From: Amphiscolops sp. MND2022
Taxonomy: Eukaryota
Direction of reading: 5' to 3'
Assembly: GCA_964187785.1 (NCBI GenBank)
Contig: OZ076409.1
Span: forward strand, 20,524,001 to 20,588,000
Length of the DNA: 64,000 nucleotides
Part shown: one piece after another, positions 61,005 through 64,000 of the stretch
Layout: every line of letters starts with the position of its first letter
Position numbering within the stretch: position 1 is the stretch's first letter
The notes under the pieces: generated by a model
Seen by the model: the letters and a program-made list of their open reading frames with translations, nothing else
Told to the model about the DNA's origin: nothing
Database searches by the model: none
Made by a program: the position numbers and the translations under genes

Positions 61005-61136
61005 TCATATCAAGCGACAACTAATATCAAATCAGAAAGGCGACAACTCATATCAAGCGATAACTCATATCAAATCCTCAAAATTTTTCTAATTTAGTTT
61101 TCTGACATGATTTGTCACTTGATATTAGTTGTCACC
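61005..61136. repeat. Short motif array (CTCATATCAAGCGACAA-like) with inverted copies
   Basis: Several direct copies, followed by the inverted TTGTCACTTGATATTAGTTGTCA. Confidence 0.55.
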
Positions 61137-64000
61137 GAACGCTATTTTTTCTATTTTTGAAGAAGAAGCTCAAGAAGGTTAATCTATGTAACTTTTCTAC
61201 AGACCTTAAAGTAGTTTTCTTCTAATTGATGTTAGTTAAAATTGTTCCAAGATTTCTTGATTTTGAAAATGATTCTTGAAAATGATTTTGAAAATGATTT
61301 CTTGATTTCTCCAAAAAATGACTGCTTCCTAAGATACTCTGCTATGTTGTATTTGTGCTGGTTACTGATAACAACACGGAAACTAAAGCTCATAAAAAGA
61401 AAAGTCTCTTGAATACGCTCAGAGCCAGTTTTTGAGGAACAAGAGAGAATCTTAAAGCCTTTTACGTCCAATACACCCTTTATAGAAACAAAATGATCGG
61501 AAAAAATCGCACAGTGCCAAAAATACCTAATGAGGAGCCCTTGTTCACGTAAATAGCTTGAAAGTATACAATTATGCACCTTTTCGCCTTTCGATGCGGT
61601 GTAGATTAGCTACATGAATAGTACATGAGTCGCTTCTACCATGGATCGACTCTGTAACAACTTTTATAAAATTCACAAAAAGTAAAATTTTCAGTGACAC
61701 CTGGAGATGAAACCACGCACTTTAAGAGTCTTGCACTTTTCTGGCAAAACAGTGCCGACAAAAAACGGTTGTTACGTTAAGTTGTTGACAAGTTTTAGTT
61801 GAAATACAAAAGTCAACGCCAGCGCATCGAAGTATGCAAGATTTTATGCTAGTTAATCATCGTTTTTCGCAAAACTTGGTCGTGTTAGCAGAAAATTCAT
61901 ATCGAGGAAGTTTATATGCAGCTTCGTCCTCCGTACTTTCATACGTACATTTCACCCTCATCGTGTGACAGTTTTTAGGCCAATTTTTGAAACAATTGTT
62001 TTTCGATGCTTCTGTGTTTATCAAACTATCTCCCGATCTCCGATGTTTTTGATCTTTGGGTTCATTCAGTTTCAGAAGGTAGTAGTGTTGTTGGACGTTT
62101 CCTATTTGATGGGCTACCATTTATAGCTCATTAATTATGTTCAGTTGATATTGTTGACTCAATTTTTAGAGCAATTTCTGGTCTTCAAGTGCTTTTAACC
62201 ACAAATCACATGAACATGCAAAATCTATTTATCCGTTCATAAAAAGGTGCAAAGCTCTGCTCAATCATGCCAACTGAAATTTGAGATCTCGCGGGTTGTC
62301 TTTGAAGAAGGTTCTACAACACGGTTACAAAGTGGAAAATTGATGGTACCACCATACATATAATGAATGTAATGTTGGCTGTGGTTGGAGTTGTCGCTTT
62401 AACAAGGAAAGGAAGCCTCTAGGTTTCATACTTATCAGCAACTGCAATCGATATGTGTATCTAATTGTATGTGTTTCCTCTCTGAGTGACTGCCCTAATC
62501 ACAGAGTGGACACGGCGGTGTGACAACTTAGTCAGCTTAGGCAACACAGAACACAGATAAGACACGGATAAGACAGATAATGACTGCCTTGTTATTTGCC
62601 AAGACAGTCAGCCAGGAAATTAGTTGGCTTTGAGGATTCAACCTGGACACCCGTTAACCGCGCCATTATTGGGGTCTACACAGGTATTGGGGTTTAGCCA
62701 CTGACGCTAAGTCCAGGGTGCGAAAGGGTCCTCGCGGCGACAAAAAGAGACAAATTATGGGTCCCGTTATGGGGGACAGTCGGGCAATGGACGGGGGGGT
62801 TGGTGATCACGCAAGGGGCTTGAACCTGGGAATGCAACAGGGTGGTTAATGGGATGAAGGGGTTTACAGAAGAAGTAGAACGGGTTAGAGGGGAAGCGCG
62901 AAAGAAAAGGCGGAAGCATGGGAAAAATGACGTGCAAGCAATGACGCAATCATTTGGAATATTTGCCATAGAACAATTAATGGGTACATGCTTTAATGCG
63001 GCCACAAAGTGGTAGAAAGAATTGTGAAGTTCGTATACCGCGAAGGAAGTAATGTGCATAGATAGCAATGGGCATTGTTGCAGAATTCAATCAATGGAAT
63101 GCCAAATAGCCGTGCAAAATTGATTGTCTCTTCTTCCCGCAGGAGTTGAGCCGTGATAAATAAAAGATTTGCAAAATCACCTCCCGTCCCCGACTTTTGA
63201 CGAAGCGTCAAAGGCACAAATTGAGACTGACGTGAATCATAAGCGCCGCCAGTGCACAAATTGAGCCACTAAACACTAAATCAAACAGAACCCCCCTCCC
63301 AGACCGCCTTCCTTCAAATGCCGGTACCGCTGTAATACTGTCCTCTATTTGTTTTAACTGAAAAATTCATTCCAATCAATCCAGTTATGTCATCTAAAGT
63401 GGGGTGGTAAAAGCCGCCCATGTGAACGAAAAGCCTCATCATTTTTTTTGTTTTTGATGCAGAACTTCAGGCAGGCTTTTCAAGCTAACCAGAACAAACA
63501 TTGCAGCTTTTCTACATCAATCTAACTATTCCCAAGAAAATAATTTCGTAGGAGCCCATAACTTTGTTCAAAAAGTGCGCATAAAAAAGTTTGAATCGGC
63601 TATTACAATTTAAAATTATGACACTTCGACTTTTCGTTTTGCGCCCATATTCCTCACGGAAAGGAAAATTAATCGTTAATCTCTGATTATGCTTTTTCTT
63701 ATAAATTTTGACATGTTCTAAATTTATATTCAAAAGATGAAGCTTCTTTCGCACAGTTTAAACTTAACCACAAGAAAATATGTAGAATAGCAGATGTTTG
63801 AACCTGTTTTGTAAATTGAAAAATGGCCCAAAAGTCCAAAATGCAATGTAACGGCAAGCGCTAAGCGGCTGTATCGTGACATTCGAGTGGAGGAACTGGT
63901 GCCATGGATATGGTCCGAGACAAACAACCATGACATCAGCTCACTTTGTCCTCCTAAGGATAGCCGGTCCCGAGAAGGGGGAACCGTCTTAAAGGACGCT

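Overview
AT-rich, repeat-dense animal genomic DNA with spliceosomal introns and a Cys-loop channel gene. The repeat style resembles acoel or other invertebrate genomes, but the taxon cannot be fixed from the sequence. Host genes: the last exon of an SH2(+SH3-like) gene on + (to 573) and the 3' exons of a divergent GlyR/GABA-A-like ligand-gated ion channel subunit on - (stop at 31777, exons up to at least 41382, possibly 52231). The main object is a decayed but complete 15.6 kb Ty3/Gypsy LTR retrotransposon (6984-22578, ~1.5 kb LTRs, TSD CCAGC) with an unusual layout. Gag starts ~560 nt inside the 5' LTR and reads through the PBS, and a TTTAAAC -1 slippery site joins gag to pol. After pol comes a six-exon antisense gene of ~1150 codons encoding a hAT-transposase-like protein that lacks recognisable catalytic residues and TIRs. 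Next are a divergent promoter region with a CTCF-like motif and a sense orphan ORF that runs into the 3' LTR; no polypurine tract is present. A solo LTR of a different family (34788-35976, TSD ATGTT) shows the same coding overlaps at both LTR ends, suggesting a lineage-wide design. The remainder is Helentron/HINE-like non-autonomous elements, a CMC-type MITE, tRNA-like remnants and local duplications. All protein assignments are by eye, without database searches.
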